Position numbers and translations under genes: made by a program
Assembly: GCA_002633005.1 (NCBI GenBank)
Contig: NMRA01000171.1
Span: forward strand, 478,669-542,668
Direction of reading: 5' to 3'
From: Phoronis australis
Taxonomy: Eukaryota; Animalia; Phoronida
DNA: 64,000 bases
Shown: in pieces, positions 1 to 13,836 of the stretch
How the letters are laid out: each line of letters starts with the position of its first letter
Position numbering within the stretch: the first letter of the stretch is position 1
The notes under the pieces: generated by a model
What the model saw: the letters and a program-made list of their open reading frames with translations, nothing else
What the model was told of the DNA's origin: nothing
Databases searched by the model: none

Positions 1-33
1 CCCCCCCTTGCTGAAAACGTAGATCCGCCACTG
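1..33. mobile_element. Right end of a CAGTGGCGGATC-type MITE, cut by the window edge
   Basis: Poly-C followed by GATCCGCCACTG, the same terminus seen at about 12952-12963. Confidence 0.5.
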
Positions 34-1262
34 GACTTCAATAGCCGATAGTATCTTTGGTAGCTGTATCGCGGCTAGAAAATTCAGGCCAACATCTCAC
101 GTAACCTCACGAAGTCTTGCTTTTTAGCGAGACCCCAGCGCAAGTCCTAGCATTACTGGGGACTTCTCTTGTGATCAATCACTGATACAGTCTCGAACTC
201 ATATTTCAGTTGGATTTGAGCTCTAAAAACATTGTCCTTCAAGTCGGTTGTTTGTGTTGACGTCTTCACATGGGCTGCGCTCAGTAGACGTAAGAAATTC
301 GCGAAAATGCGCATTCACATAAGGCTTCACGCGGCGGTGTCCTGTACCACGTGTTGAGATGCGAAGAAGTACGTGATCACACGTAGATTTCCTCATCAGT
401 GTCTCGAGTTCACAGAACGGGCACCTGTACCTAAGATACTATAATACAATGAGATAAATATAACTAGTATATGTAGCTCATTGCTATAATATGTTTGTTT
501 GTACTTGTCACCAGGTGGCGAGCTTGTTCGACTAAGTCTGGTCCATATTTAGCTCCATGGCATAGGAGTATGTTCTTTGTTGTCGGCTTACGAAGAACGG
601 CAAAACAACATGTCGTGGAAATCGACAAAATTTGAGTCCGCTTGGGCAAAGAATCGTTTTAAATCGAGATTAAAAGCTTTTGAAATTTTAGATAGAAAGC
701 CTGTCATGATTAGGGAAAATGTGACTTAGCATGTGCCAGATGCAATGAAGAACAATAAATAATTTTCAAAACAGATAATTCATTGGGTAGTTCCAACATG
801 TAACTAAAGCTAATAATTCCAGTCACTCAAGAGAAGGAAACATGTAAACACACCAGACGGACATATTAGTTTCCGTAAGTCACAAACAATAGGGGCACTT
901 GCAATGTAGATCAACAATAGAGAGAATGAAACAGAAAAAGTGTCTGCAGTTGATAAAAGCATGCAGTAGGCTTCAAGATGCGTGTGGATAAACCATATAC
1001 TGTAATCGATTATCTATGGTTAAAAATCCCAACCTGGAAGACATTCACTTTCATTAAGCTTCAGAAATATGTTGTATTTCTTTTTTTTACTTAAACAGGA
1101 TCTAAAGTGAATTTACAATTTGAATGTTGCACTATGAATGTGGATGAGATCGTGATTTAGAAAAGACACCGACCGAGACACGCGGTTATAAACCCTTCTT
1201 TAGTCAGAAAATATTCAAACTACGAATGGTTATAAGTATGGTCTTGTCCGTCAGTCACAATA

Positions 1263-1509
1263 GGGGTCTGTTTCGTGAAACGACTTAAAACTAAGTCTGA
1301 AATTTGGTCCAAACGCTCCACACAACTAATTCTAAAAAATATTGAAATCTCAGTTCAGTAAAAATTCACAGTGCTACTTAAACTGAGGTAATGTCTATAA
1401 ATTGTTTACTGTGATGCACTCGTAATTACGTGGCTAAACCTTCTCCCAGCAATTATGTAGTGGGGGCGTAAGAGCATCAGGCTCAAATCACTTTCATGAA
1501 ACGGACCCC
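1263..1509. mobile_element. PIF/Harbinger-like MITE
   Basis: Imperfect 18-bp TIRs GGGGTCTGTTTCGTGAAA / TTTCATGAAACGGACCCC; GGG...CCC termini. Confidence 0.6.
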
Positions 1510-1849
1510 AGGTATGATTTCTAGGCTTAGAATGAACACTTCGCTATTATCAGAGCAGCCAATGAGGTCGTGTAAGTACTTGTCACGGCGTGTCACTTTA
1601 ATCGCCGTGCATGATCTCGAGAAATGACGAACTGTCAGTTCTTTACATGATCAAAATATCTTCTCATTTGATTAAGGACCGAATTAAGACCAGTTTTATT
1701 GTGGTAAGTGCCGTGGTTCGTTGGAGTGAAAACCGGTTTATTGTATCTTTAACACATGATCATCAGTAAACCCTAAAACATCTGGCCAAATACCTTCAAA
1801 CTGCAAGGTAGTATTCACCCCACTGTCATATGTGCTAGTAAAATAAGCA

Positions 1850-3376
1850 CCCAATTTTCGACGAACATAGGAGTACAATGGTAACCAACTACTGCAGTTG
1901 CGGTGTCTGTTTGAATAATGTTGCTCATGTCTTAGACGATGTTAGCGACATCTCCCAGGCACACTAGCTGCTGCTGAACGAAGTAGTAAATGAACATGCC
2001 CCTTAGGCTTAAATAACCGAAATAGTTATGAAAATGAAAGGAGTCAGCCTACGGACATATTTCTCAGACAGATGTAGCTAAGGCCCCAACTACAAAAAAT
2101 TCTGGCAAATAATGAAAGCTTTCTTCTCAAAAAAGAGCCATACAACCGACAACACGATATAGTCTCCCACTAAAATCAAACTATTTCCAACCAAACAAAA
2201 GTATGCTCAGTCTTCAATGACTTGTTCAGCAACGTAACCAAAGACTTAGAAGACCCCACCAAAGAGAACCACCCTAGCCTCCGTGTTATTTCTAATATGG
2301 CAATAGGCACAGATGACTTAAAATTCATTTTCAAAAAGTATATGTAAAATCAGTATCGGATTACATTAGCTCGCTAAGCACTCACACTCCCTTCTAATTT
2401 CCAGACTTAAAGCTAACAGTGCCATAGTTCTTAGGAATTGTCTCTCCAGCACTAACAACAAGTAAGACTGGGCCAACACTCCAGTGAATGGGGCCAAGAA
2501 AACAAAGGGGTATCTCAAGGATTCGTCCTGAGACTCTTCAAGTTCTCTTCAAGATCTTCTTTTTGTGAAAAAAATCTACACTGGTCAACTACGCAGACGA
2601 CAACACCCTCCATTTCTCTGACAACAACCCACTCGCTGTAACTGAAAGAAAATCACTCATCAACTGGTTCGCTGTCAATGGCATGCAAGCAGATCGTGAC
2701 AAATTCCAAGCAATCTGCACATTCTGTACTTAATGAATCCCTCTCCATTGGAAACTGCAAAATATCGAAAGCTAAACTCCTACCTAGGAATAGCGGTCGA
2801 TATTATCTAACCTTTGCCCTACCATATTTCGGACATTTGGAAAAAAGTCTCACGACAAATAAACGTTCTAAATAGAATCGAACACCACCACTCCCTTCAT
2901 CCTTTCAGACTTCAACTATTGTCCCTTTCATGGCGTTTTTGTTCCAAAGAAAAAGATTAAACTTAAAAAACTACAACTCAGAGCCCTCTGTTTTGTCTAC
3001 CGATGACGATACTTCGTACGAACAACTATTCTCACTAGCTAACAAACCACTAATTCATTTACACAGACTTCGTCTTATTACAATAAGAGTATTTAAAATT
3101 CTTTATGGATAATCACCTAAGACACTTCATTCACTAATAAAGAAACAAGAAAACAACCATTCTTTTCGCTACAACAACCTTTTAGATATTCTTCAAGTTA
3201 AATCTGTCAAACACGCCGGTAAAAAATCCTTTCGCTTCGAGGCTGCTCGGGCCTGGAACATACCGAACGAGTTGCGTCCAACACTGTTAGTGTTTTCCGT
3301 GGACTGATACGGACTTGGACGGGCCCCGAATGCAGCTGCTCTCTTTGCAAACACTCCAGGTTATGTTGTAAATAGC
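1850..3376 (+). mobile_element. Degenerate, truncated non-LTR retrotransposon (CR1/L2-like LINE ORF2, RT and C-terminal part)
   Basis: Frameshifted remnants of RT motifs: GVSQG.VL..F at about 2508, NYADDNTL at 2587-2610, NWFAVNGMQA..DKFQAI at about 2662, FILSDFNYCP at about 2896, and terminal W.GP.C.C..C at about 3316-3349. Confidence 0.85.
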
Positions 3377-4088
3377 GTTTCTGTACAAATTTCTGTAGGC
3401 CTACAAGTAGTAATTTCTCTAGAATGTAGCATTTCATTTGTATCTGTCTTTGTTTATATTTATTTTTTGTGGGTCTAGACTCTAGTGATTATGACCATTT
3501 AACTTTTATTTACACTTATATCTCGGTGTTATTCTCCACCTTTAGCTTAAGCTCCATTTTCCATGTTCTGTTAAATTTGATGTCATAGTAGCCCAACTGG
3601 CTAATCATCTGACTGTTAACTTGTTCTGCGAACGACGAAGATTCTTGACTTCTTGATTCTTGAATCGATCAGACATCCCCATGGATGCAAGTTGGTTGCA
3701 AGGTTGGCGTAATCATGAATTAGTTCATAGTCTTTTAATTTTGGATATCCCACTGCGTACAACACCTCTCCCAGGACCAAATTTGATAAAGCGGCAAGTG
3801 GCCAAAACACATCGGTAGAGAACCTGTTACCAGAGCTTAGTCTTCTGCCATGCTTGGCGTTGCGGGGACTTCGCGACGGTAACTATGGTAGGCGTGGCCT
3901 AACTGTATTTGTCAGAACTATTCATTGGGAAGTGAAATTACGTACGGAAATGTAGTTTTCAATAATTGGTAATTCTAAAACATATTAGACCAAGACTGGT
4001 CGCTAACCGAAGCGACGTCTTTCAGGAAAATGCCACAACGGAACTTTACGAAGCTATTCCGGCTGTTTCCGATACTACACAGATTTTG

Positions 4089-4096
4089 TGACGTCA
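4089..4096. promoter_or_regulatory. CRE/ATF palindrome TGACGTCA in the putative RCC1L proximal promoter
   Basis: Exact TGACGTCA about 125 nt upstream of the RCC1L ATG, in a relatively CpG-rich stretch. Function is inferred. Confidence 0.35.
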
Positions 4097-4218
4097 GACA
4101 GTTACTACACATTTCCGCTTCAAATTGAACACATGTTTTTATCTTAAATATTACTAGCTTTGTCCGACGTGGACTTAAATTGATAAAATAAGCATTGTGT
4201 TAATAGCGGTTGTAAGAT

Positions 4219-7200
4219 ATGACGATGTTGCAATCATTTCCATTTTGCTTTACCGTTACTTCTTATGTCAGACGTTTGGACTTGGTGCGTGATCTACTGA
4301 CGCGTCGAATTCCAGTGCGTTGGGGAAGCTCGAGTTACAAAAGAAAGATGCTACGTCGAGAGGAGAAGAAGAAACTGGTTTTCCAGTATGCTGGAATGAA
4401 TGAAAAGCAGGTTTCACGTGTTTATGTAATGGGAAATACAGTTACTGGAGCCCTTGGTGTGAGGACATTTTTGAGACCAGAAAACCAAAAAGCTAAGAAA
4501 GATGTGGAACACAAGCCTTACAAACTGTCATTCTTTGATGACAATCATCTACAGTGGGTTGATGCAGACTGTGGCTATGGTTTTACTGTTTTCGTGGTTA
4601 AAGATAAGAAAGCACAATCTGGGCACAAACTGATGGGTATGTTGTTTAGTCTTTACAAGTGTTGAATTACTTCAGGTTCACTAGCTAGGCCTCTAGAAGT
4701 ACTCACCAGTTAAAACACAGCTACTAAACTCTAAAGCTTCAGTAAAACCCAATCCAGGTGCCCATCCCTGACATCCTGATTGCTTGCTGAAAGACTGCCA
4801 GCAGGGTTCCCGCCAGCAGTATAAATAAAAGAAGCATCCGGGGAACCATAAAACTGACAAATCACAAGACACCACAGAAAGATAAAGGACGAATGATGTT
4901 GACGATTACAACACCAGAGTCAGAGAAGGTGACTGAAGCAGGGTGTGCAATACTCAGTAGATACTCATACACCATATTCACTCAGTCACCATTTTAGTAG
5001 TGAGCCTCTTTTTAGGTTTTGAAAACGATGCATTTTGTGCTTAAATACAGCCTAAAGCGTGATTTTTTTGCAAGCCTCGTTGTATTCATGTCTCGAAGGC
5101 ATGGTTTTTAAACCTTAAAAAGGCTCACTACTAAAATGGCAGCTCCATGAATAAGGTCTATAGTTAACTATCACATGACTTTCAGTTGTGAGATACTGTA
5201 TAAAGGCCTACATCGCTTGCTAATGGTAAATTGTTCTTTGTCCAATCGGTTTTGATGCTAGTGTTTAGTTCAGGGTTTGATACCGGGCTGGACTAAGAAC
5301 AACAAAAAATCATGTGGCAAAAGTAGGTGGCGGTCTGGTTGTGGTGGATCTAGAGCACAGGAATAGGGTCAATTAGGGCTAATTCCTGGACATGGGTAGC
5401 GTTGCAGAGGGCAAATTCGTCGATGCTGAGTGTTGAGATTTGAACCCAGGAGGCACTCTTGGTCCACAGAAGGGGGATGTGTGCTGTATCACGTGACTTA
5501 TCCTAAAGGCTTATTATCTCTCCTGAATGGGCAATTGCTCTTTGGCCGATTGGTTTGGATGCAAGACTTTGGTACTAGAGGTCACTGGTCCGATTCCTGG
5601 GTGAACCAAGCAAAAGTGAAGAGTTTTAAAAAGTACAGTAATTGGCCAGGCTGCCAGTTGTGTATGATTGATGGTGATAACACAGCTGTGAATCAATCTG
5701 GGTAAACAATTGCCAGTATAAGGGGAACGTGACTTGTGGTTCATGTGGAACAAAAGTTATATATTGTGTTTGCACGGGCGCTCGTGCTTAGGTTTTCATA
5801 ACTTTCAAATGACACTTATGTTGTTCGTTATGATTACTTGCATCACTGTCCTGTAAGAAAAACCAAACAATCAATCTAAACACAGTGCACTGGTGACACG
5901 GGCACGCGGCATTTTACAAATATTTCAACTCATCTACTAGTAGGAACATGGTCGGCGCAGTACTGAAATAAGTGGGGGGCTATAGTCTCTCCCCAGCCCC
6001 CTATGGTGTGCCATCCATGAGGAAGCATGCAGTTGGCTGGATGCTTAACATTAGGTCAATTTCCCAAAAGTGACCTTCCAAAATTCTCACGTCACCAAAT
6101 GCTGCCTCAAGACATGGAAACCTGGCATGCAGCAGTGCAAAAGTCATGACTTTTACGAATGGTGCAAAGTTGGCAACAGTCAAAATGGAAAAACGTGGGA
6201 CACCTGAATTGACCAGCGAACTGAGCACATTGTCTCTGCATGGGTCATGGACAGGACATTTCGATTTTTTGCTGAACATTATCGATTAATGTATACCTGT
6301 ACATAATATTTTGAGTATGTGCTCAGATGTGTGCAATGAATGGCAACCAGGGTTTAATTTGCAATGAAGAGAGTGAGTCGAAAGCAAAATTGAAATGTGT
6401 TCTGGATTGTTGTTTATAGGGGGCTTCTCTTCAGTCACTCATGGACATTCTGTCATCTCCACTCTTGTATCTCTCTTGGCCGCCTATGCAATTTTCTATT
6501 CATGTTTTTCATGTTTAATCGGAATGCTAACTTACTATATTAAAAAGAATCAAGATAAGCTCCAAATCAACAGTTTTCAAAGATGGCGCAGCAAGGGGCT
6601 CAAGTTATAATTGTATTTTTTGACGATGCGAAAACTTCATACTTTATGATATGTAATTGTATCGTTATTGTTTAAGATGCATGGGACTAACATGATTCAT
6701 TTTAGAAGCCTCAAATCTATGGGTCAGTTTTGAAGACCTATGGTAATAGTAATATTACTGAAGCAGTGCTCAATATACGTTACATTACTTAAAAGGATGT
6801 TATGGTCTTCACGGCCAGAAAATGCATTTTTGAGGTTGTTGGTCTTTTAGTTTTGACTAGAGCTATAAAACAACAGAATCTGTTTTTTTGTCATTTTTGT
6901 ACAAATCCCCTGTTCTCAGCATTGTCTGCCATTTCATTCACTGAAATCGAGGCTGATGACTTTAGCAGATAAATACGTTTAAATACTCTTCTAATTATTG
7001 AGTTAGGTTTAGCTCCATCAGGAGAGTCATTATTTAATTCATAATGTATCTCTGTTATCACCTTTCTTGCCTTTAGGTACTGGAATCAACACCGAGTCAC
7101 AGCTTGGGTATCAAGAGTATCCTGTCAACTCGGGTAGAGTCCTCGATTTGCTCATTCAGCCAGCAGCAATCAACATACCCTTCCAGCATTCAGACAGTGC

Positions 7201-8065
7201 CCTAATTGACAGCATCTCTTGTGGTCGAGCCCATACCGTTGTGAGCACCACCGAAGGAGTCTTTACTCTAGGAAGCAATGCTTATGGCCAGTGTGGTCGG
7301 CCCATTGTTGATGGAGAAGATTATAGTGGAAATGCTGTAGTCAATCACCTGACCATTGATGATGTCACTCGGGTTGTTTGTGGTCAGGATCACACGTTGT
7401 TTTTGAACAAGTTTGGTCAGGTGTACAGTTGTGGGCTTGGTGCTGATGGACAAACGGGTGTTGGTCACTACAAATGTGCAGAGACACCCACGCATGTCAT
7501 GGGTGATATTGAGAATGAAGTGATCACAGATGTGGCAAGCTTTTCAGATACCGTGTTAGCTGTGTCGGACAAAGGAGATGTATTTGGATGGGGAAATTCT
7601 GAATACAATCAACTCGGTTGTGTCACTGACTCACCACAGATTCATACACCAAAGTATCTTCCTTTTAAACGTGTTGGTAAAGTGGTCAAGGTTGCTGCTG
7701 GTGGTACTTTGTGCGCTTTGCTCAACGACCAAGGACAAGTTTTTGTCTGGGGTTACGGCATATTGGGCAAAGGTCCCAATTTGGAGGAGACCGATGTCCC
7801 AAGGCACATTCCTGAAACTCTGTTTGGTTGCAATGAACTCAATCCTGATGTGAGTGTTACGGACATTCAGTGTGGCATTAGTCACTTCAGTGCCATTACT
7901 AATAAAGGTGATTTATATACGTGGGGTAAAAACAAAGGTATGTGCTTGGGTCTTGGAATGGACAAGGATCAATATTTTCCTTTTAAAGTCTCGACTCCTG
8001 CGTTGGTCGAGAAAGTGTGTTGTGGTGTCGACCATACAGTTGCACTTTGCAAGTCTTTCATTTAA
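4219..8065 (+). CDS. RCC1L: RCC1-like G exchanging factor-like protein (WBSCR16/RCC1L), mitochondrial; join(4219..4636,7077..8065), 468 aa
   Basis: Exon 2 has multiple RCC1 repeats (SCGRAHT, GSNAYGQCG, VCGQDHTL, GLGADGQTG, WGNSEYNQLG, WGYGILGKGP, CGVDHTVAL). Exon 1 has an Arg-rich N-terminus resembling a mitochondrial presequence, plus RVYVMG...TGALG and CGYGFTV motifs. The phase-1 donor G|gtatgt (4636/4637) matches the acceptor tttag|GT (7076/7077), giving HKLMGTGINTESQLG. The total of 1407 nt is in frame. Confidence 0.93.
4971..5161. mobile_element. Palindromic MITE in the RCC1L intron
   Basis: Imperfect inverted arms of about 60 bp: CCATTTTAGTAGTGAGCCT.TTTTTAGGTTT / AAACCTTAAAAAGGCTCACTACTAAAATGG. 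Confidence 0.6.
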
Positions 8066-10119
8066 ATTTTCAGGAAAAGAGGGAATGGCTCAACACTGTG
8101 TATTTCAAAGTAACTGATTTATTTGTGTTAAAAACTCTTGTTTTAAGCAACTTTTGAGATTTTTCATGAAAATATATAAGTCTATCTTTTGATAGCCTGT
8201 CATTAAAAAATGGAACATTCTAAAAACAGTTTCTTAAAGCGTATTAGAGAACAATGCATCAAGCATGTCATGGTAAATCTTCACATATTTAGCGTACACT
8301 ATGGCAGACAAGTAAAATATTGTTTTGTCAGGAAGATTTTACGACTATTACTAGTATTTTCATTGCTTGAAGCAAAGTAAACAGCCTTTGAAAACTGGAA
8401 AATTACAAATCTCAGCAATTATGTTTGTGAAAAGTAAGGAAGAATTACTAATTGTATGTGAAAGGTTAATATGAATCTGATCCCTTATATCTGAGATATG
8501 ATGTAACAAAGGTGACCAAATTCGGAATCTCTTTAGGTTCCTTCGTAACTGTAAAATTGTTCCTGTATTCGTGTTGTGCCGAGTATAAACCGACATTCAA
8601 ACTATTAATGTGATTTTCAATCTTGTTTTCTTTATTCGTAACATCTCACCAATTTGTGACACAATATGGCCGACAAGTGAAATTTTTTCCACAAGGTGTA
8701 AGTAGCACCAAATAAAGGCTATACCATTTGAGAGTTCTACACCCTCGCTACCATCAGGTAATGATAATGAGAAATTTTGGGCATTCATAATATTGTTAGA
8801 AGCCTTTGAAAAAAAGACCGATTTTGTTTTTGTCCAAAATTGGTGAGATTTTAGTTGCTTAATCTGAACAGACTTGCCACATTTATATAAAAAATGACAA
8901 AAACATGGCACGAAATCGGAAAGCGATACCAGAAAATGGGAAATGGCAGCAAAGTCGAGTGCCTCATTGCAGCAATTTCCTACTCAAGTGCTTTCATTTT
9001 CTGAAGTTAAAAAAAATGAAGATAATATCAAATATGGTGAATTTAGCATCAGTCTTTCTTCACTAACTGGAAAAACACTTCTTATTTTGTTGAGACAAAA
9101 GTACCAATTTGTAGTTATGAAACAGAAAGTTAACCTTTGAAAATTGCTTTGACCATCCTTTATTTTGAGTGCTTGTGTTTTCAGGTTCACATACTCAAAA
9201 GTCAAATTACTTCAAAACACGGCTATGAGCAGGTAAACGTTGATATTTTTTACGTTTTCATTTTCCTCAATATCCCTTATTTCTTGTTTAAATTGGACGC
9301 TGTTTACCAAATCCAACAAAAGGCAGTGCACTTTTAATTGCATTCCATTCACTAATCATGTTATTTTGACCTATAGTTCCGAAATATACTCTTTCTCAAC
9401 AGTTACAAGTCTTTCTTTAGTTTTGTACTTTTTGGTGTTTCTCTTATTTTGCTTACGGCTCAGTAACTTAGTTTTGACTTATGATCACAATATAATTGAT
9501 GCGCACTGTACTAAGGATATCTCAAACCTTATTCACAAAAATTGGCCGTTTTTACAATATTTCGCGTATGCCTAAAAAATATCTTATCTTCGTTCTCGAG
9601 GCGCGCCTGTACAAAGGACAAACACCTGGGCTTTATAATTGAAATTAAGGGGCATGTGCCTTTATGAAAAATGCATTGTTTCTGATCTAGGTGCCTGGGC
9701 CTGATTTCGCGTCCGTATACCATGCCCAGCTTTAGCATCCAAACTGTCTCTTTAAATTCTCTTGGGCGTTCCTGCACCCTATAAACAATTAAAATTTCCG
9801 GTCACTTAAAACACCACATTTTCCTGAATGCTCAAACTTCCAAGGATCGGCATCCGGCAGTCATCATCTTATGAACGCCAACAACGTTGAAAATCGCCTA
9901 TCCTACCACCTTGTAGTACAGAAATTTATCCCCCATTGAGTCTTGATGTATGGTGGTTTTTGGGAACGACTGATCGGGCTCACCATGACAACTATTAAGA
10001 AAGTACTCTATGCACACAGCTTCATTTTGTAGAGACGCGTACTCTACTCATTGAATGTGAATGTCTGCTTGATGACAGACCGATCACATTTCAGTCAAGT
10101 GACCTTAAGTATCCTGATT

Positions 10120-10377
10120 CATGCGCGCACCCAGGGGGGGGTACTCGGGGTGCTCGAACGAGCCCCCATTTGGCGAAGTGGGCAAAAGGGTCCGCCTCAG
10201 AGCGACAAAAAGTCCGAGAAAATGTGGCATAAGTCCATTAAACATGCGCAAACGCACGCGCAATCCACAGTGGTGCTCCCGTTTTTTTTTTATTTAGTCC
10301 GACCGCTGTTTTGTTACCAAAAGGTCCACAAAGTCAGGAATTCGAGAACCCCATATTGAAGGCTGGGTGCGCGCATG
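10120..10377. mobile_element. MITE with CATGCGCGCACCCAG TIRs and 5-bp TSD (TGATT)
   Basis: Perfect 15-bp TIRs; TGATT at 10115-10119 and 10378-10382; homologous to 17071-17312. Confidence 0.85.
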
Positions 10378-12393
10378 TGATTCGCTCACTCCTGCTCACC
10401 TGTATGGGCGCCCTCTCAGTTGTGTGGCGTTCGCCTTAGTGGATGATGACGAAATCACCGACACCGATTTTGGAGCATCTGCAGCAGTGCAACTACGATA
10501 TGTAAGACGTTCCAACATTTTGCACTCTTTTACTCAGCGTTGGAAATCTGAGTACCCTTTTTACATCACTTCGAGGGTATGACGATGTCAAAACTGGCTG
10601 CTGACCAGCCAACATTACTTGTGGTGGCGTTGTCCTCATCCGTGATGATAATACCTCGTGTGTCTTGTGGCAGATCGGAAAGGTGGAACAACTACATGGG
10701 ATTGGACATGTGACATCTGCAGTCCTTAAAACCAAACAAGAATTGACTAACCGATCTGTCCAGAAACTCTATCCCTTAGAAACCTCGGTATGAATTTTTA
10801 CACACGGACTTTACGTCGTTACTGGTTTCATTGCATGTCTTTATTGTATCTAATGTTTTATGAGTATTTTAATGATTTTACTTTTTTTGTAAAATGTCCC
10901 AACCCGTTAACTGGGCTTACCTCATTTTCATGGAATGCATTTACCTGGCGGGACAGTCCATTAGCATCTTTATTTGCATTTTTGAGGTTTCCTGAAACAC
11001 TGTCTCCGTTGGCTACACATAGTGCCATATTAAGTGGATCATTGATGCATAACTTCATTTCCTGCCACAGAACATCCCGGGCCCTTATTTTTCTGCTGGC
11101 CATTTTATTTCATTACCTTGTCATTTCGCTTTTCTTATTGGTGGCTTCTTTTCTAGTTCCTACTTTTGATTGGTCAATTGTCTTGCTTATGTACCTAGTT
11201 TGTGATGATTTTAGGTAGTTGAACTTTCCACCACTCATTGAAATAGTTGTATTGCCACTTGAAATTCTTAATACAAATGTCTATGTAAACTGAACCGATC
11301 GCGGGTATACCCCACAGATACAATGAGATAAAGTTTACATTTTTATTGCGCCTGGCGATCAGACAGAACAGATGTTTCTTAACATTCATATATAGTCTGG
11401 CAGCAAGAAAATCGATGAACCTTTTTAATGGATCAAAATTCTTTATTCACCTGTAAACATATCTATCTTCTAATCCAACCCGGAGTTACCAGCAACAGGC
11501 AGAAACAGCTGCCGTATCAAACACAGTCAACTTAGCTGTGTGTCTTGTCTCACCCAAAATCAAGTCTCCAATAGCCACCTTGTAAAGAAAGTGCAACTAA
11601 AGTACACTGAGAAATTAACAACGGTGAATATGGTCCAAACAACAGGCTATTGATGCTATTGCGTCTGTTCTCTAGGAAACGAACGTCGTGCAAGACCAGT
11701 TAAAAGCAAACTTGGCTTTTGAATGCTCTTTTATGTTGGTACCGTCGCACGCATTATGCACATTCGTCGCTTTGGGCTGTGATTGTTAAATGTATGCTTG
11801 CAAATTGTCCACTCTTCAGTTTTTTTTGCTTATTTGTGTATTTTTAGCTAACTCATGTGCGTTTTCTATTGAATTTGTTTTCAAAACTCCCTTTCAGCTA
11901 TAGTGATATAGACCACAGATCTACGTCTACTTTCAACTATAGTGAACTGAAATAGATCTACGTCTACTTCGAACAACTGAAATAGATCACAGATATACGT
12001 CTACTTTATTGAAACCACTGCAGCTACAAAGAAAGTATCTTGCTTCGTCAGACATTTTGGCTTCCCATCTGCCAGTCACTCGACGCTTGACTCTCCTATT
12101 GAAAGTGGCAAACACGTGGCTCGAGAATCTCCATGACGCGAGGCACTTTCCTGGGATGTAATATGTCCGTTGGAAAGAGTGAAAGAGTCCATTAATCCCC
12201 TTTATTGCGAGTCTAAAAATAATGGAAATGCTTACTACTCCAAATGTACAAATCCAAACCCTATCAGTCGATTAGCGAAGGACAGTGGAATGCAAATAAA
12301 AAATTGCTGTAGGTTTTTCAAAAGTGGCGTTTATGCAGCTTGAACATCAATATATTATCATATGCCAACCCGCACAAACGAACGGGTGTTTGG

Positions 12394-13119
12394 CAGTGCT
12401 GTAGTGGGGCGTAGGCGAAGGTAGGCGCAGCCAACCACCTTTTTGCTTTTCAATGTAGCGCCTATCCACCGCAAGTTACGGTATAGTGGAACGAAAGCGC
12501 ATGTAGTTGTAACCAACCACCTTTTTACATTTTGTCGCAGAAACCACCTTTTTCATTTTGGCGTAGCGTCTACGCACCGTAAGTGACAGTAAGTGGGGTG
12601 TAGTATCGATACGATACCTTATGGCATCAATGCGCTACGCTGACAGCATTTGATGCCGAACATTTCGGCGCCCGTGATCACCAGGCATATGCTCTCTGAG
12701 TAATGGAATTTTTATTAATTTAAGATAAAAAACAGTTATGGTGTTACACGTACCATAGGTGGATAAAGGGGGTGGCGAAGGCCCCCGAGGACACACCCCA
12801 CTGGCGACTAAAAGTCGCCGCCAGTTTCTGGGCGTTACACTCCTATTTTCCTTTATAATTGTACATGGACCCTCTTTAGTAACCGCTTGGAATGCACGCG
12901 GATCTTTGCCTTCAGATATGTGTGGTTTGACCCTCTTTCTCCGACACCCAAGATCCGCCACTGCAGACTCTATGTAAATACCCACTCATGAGTAAAAAAT
13001 AAGCCTACATGTTTGTGAGTCAGGTTGTGCGAGTTCAATGCACTTTAAAATTCCTCGCTCACGGCGATACGATGGGCTTTGGGCGTCTACTTACCGCTAA
13101 TTTCACCACTACAGCACTG
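12394..13119. mobile_element. Non-autonomous hAT-type element with a nested CAGTGGCGGATC-type MITE (about 12754-12963)
   Basis: Perfect 14-bp TIRs CAGTGCTGTAGTGG / CCACTACAGCACTG; 8-bp TSD GTGTTTGG / GTGTTAGG (7/8 match); internal AACCACCTTTTT repeats. Confidence 0.8.
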
Positions 13120-13836
13120 GTGTTAGGCTACTTATAAAAAGAAGACCGACAACCTATTCACTACTGGCACATACCGGTACTTTCAAAGTCGTATATACCG
13201 GGAAAACGGTTGGCCCAAGATTTTACCAAGAGTGGGAAAAGCGGTGATAACCGTTTCGGGTAGAGAGTACCATTCGCTTCCTCAAAGCTCAAATACGGGT
13301 AAAATTATACCGTGTTCATGTATTTAGACTCATGGGTCTGTATTTGAAACGATGCTTTTCTTCAAAGTAAACTTATTGCGCATGAGCTTCGCGTATAGGC
13401 GCATGCGCTCTTGAGCATCACTCATATGCGCAGGCGACCACCCCTGGAATATATCTTAAACTGGGTGTTTTTCTGTCTGTTTTCTCTATTTTGCCTATTT
13501 GCTGTGAAAGTGAGTTGAATACACGTCGTCGTCTTACCTTTTTAATGGAAGTCAAGTTTCACTCACATAATATCTTAAAAGATTCTTTACTCCTTAGTTT
13601 TACTGAAGTAGGCCTATTTCGCATACGAGTGTATGTACCCCCAAAATGCGCAACTTCACCTATAAAGTCTAAACGCATCTGCCTAAATATGTGTACATTC
13701 GATGCAGTTTCTATGGTCCCCGTTCGTGTGTCAAATTGATATATAAATTCTATCTGTACAAATAAGTTGTGTTTTCATACTATAACTTTAATTGCTCTAA
13801 ATTTTGTTTCAAATGTCTCCATCGAAAATGAAAATT

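Noticed and set aside
13538-13573. 36-nt minus-strand exon as a coding continuation of the orphan gene
   Set aside because: The donor is good (AAG|gtaaga), but the acceptor is a weak AAG and there is an in-frame TGA after a few codons, so it cannot be supported without transcripts.
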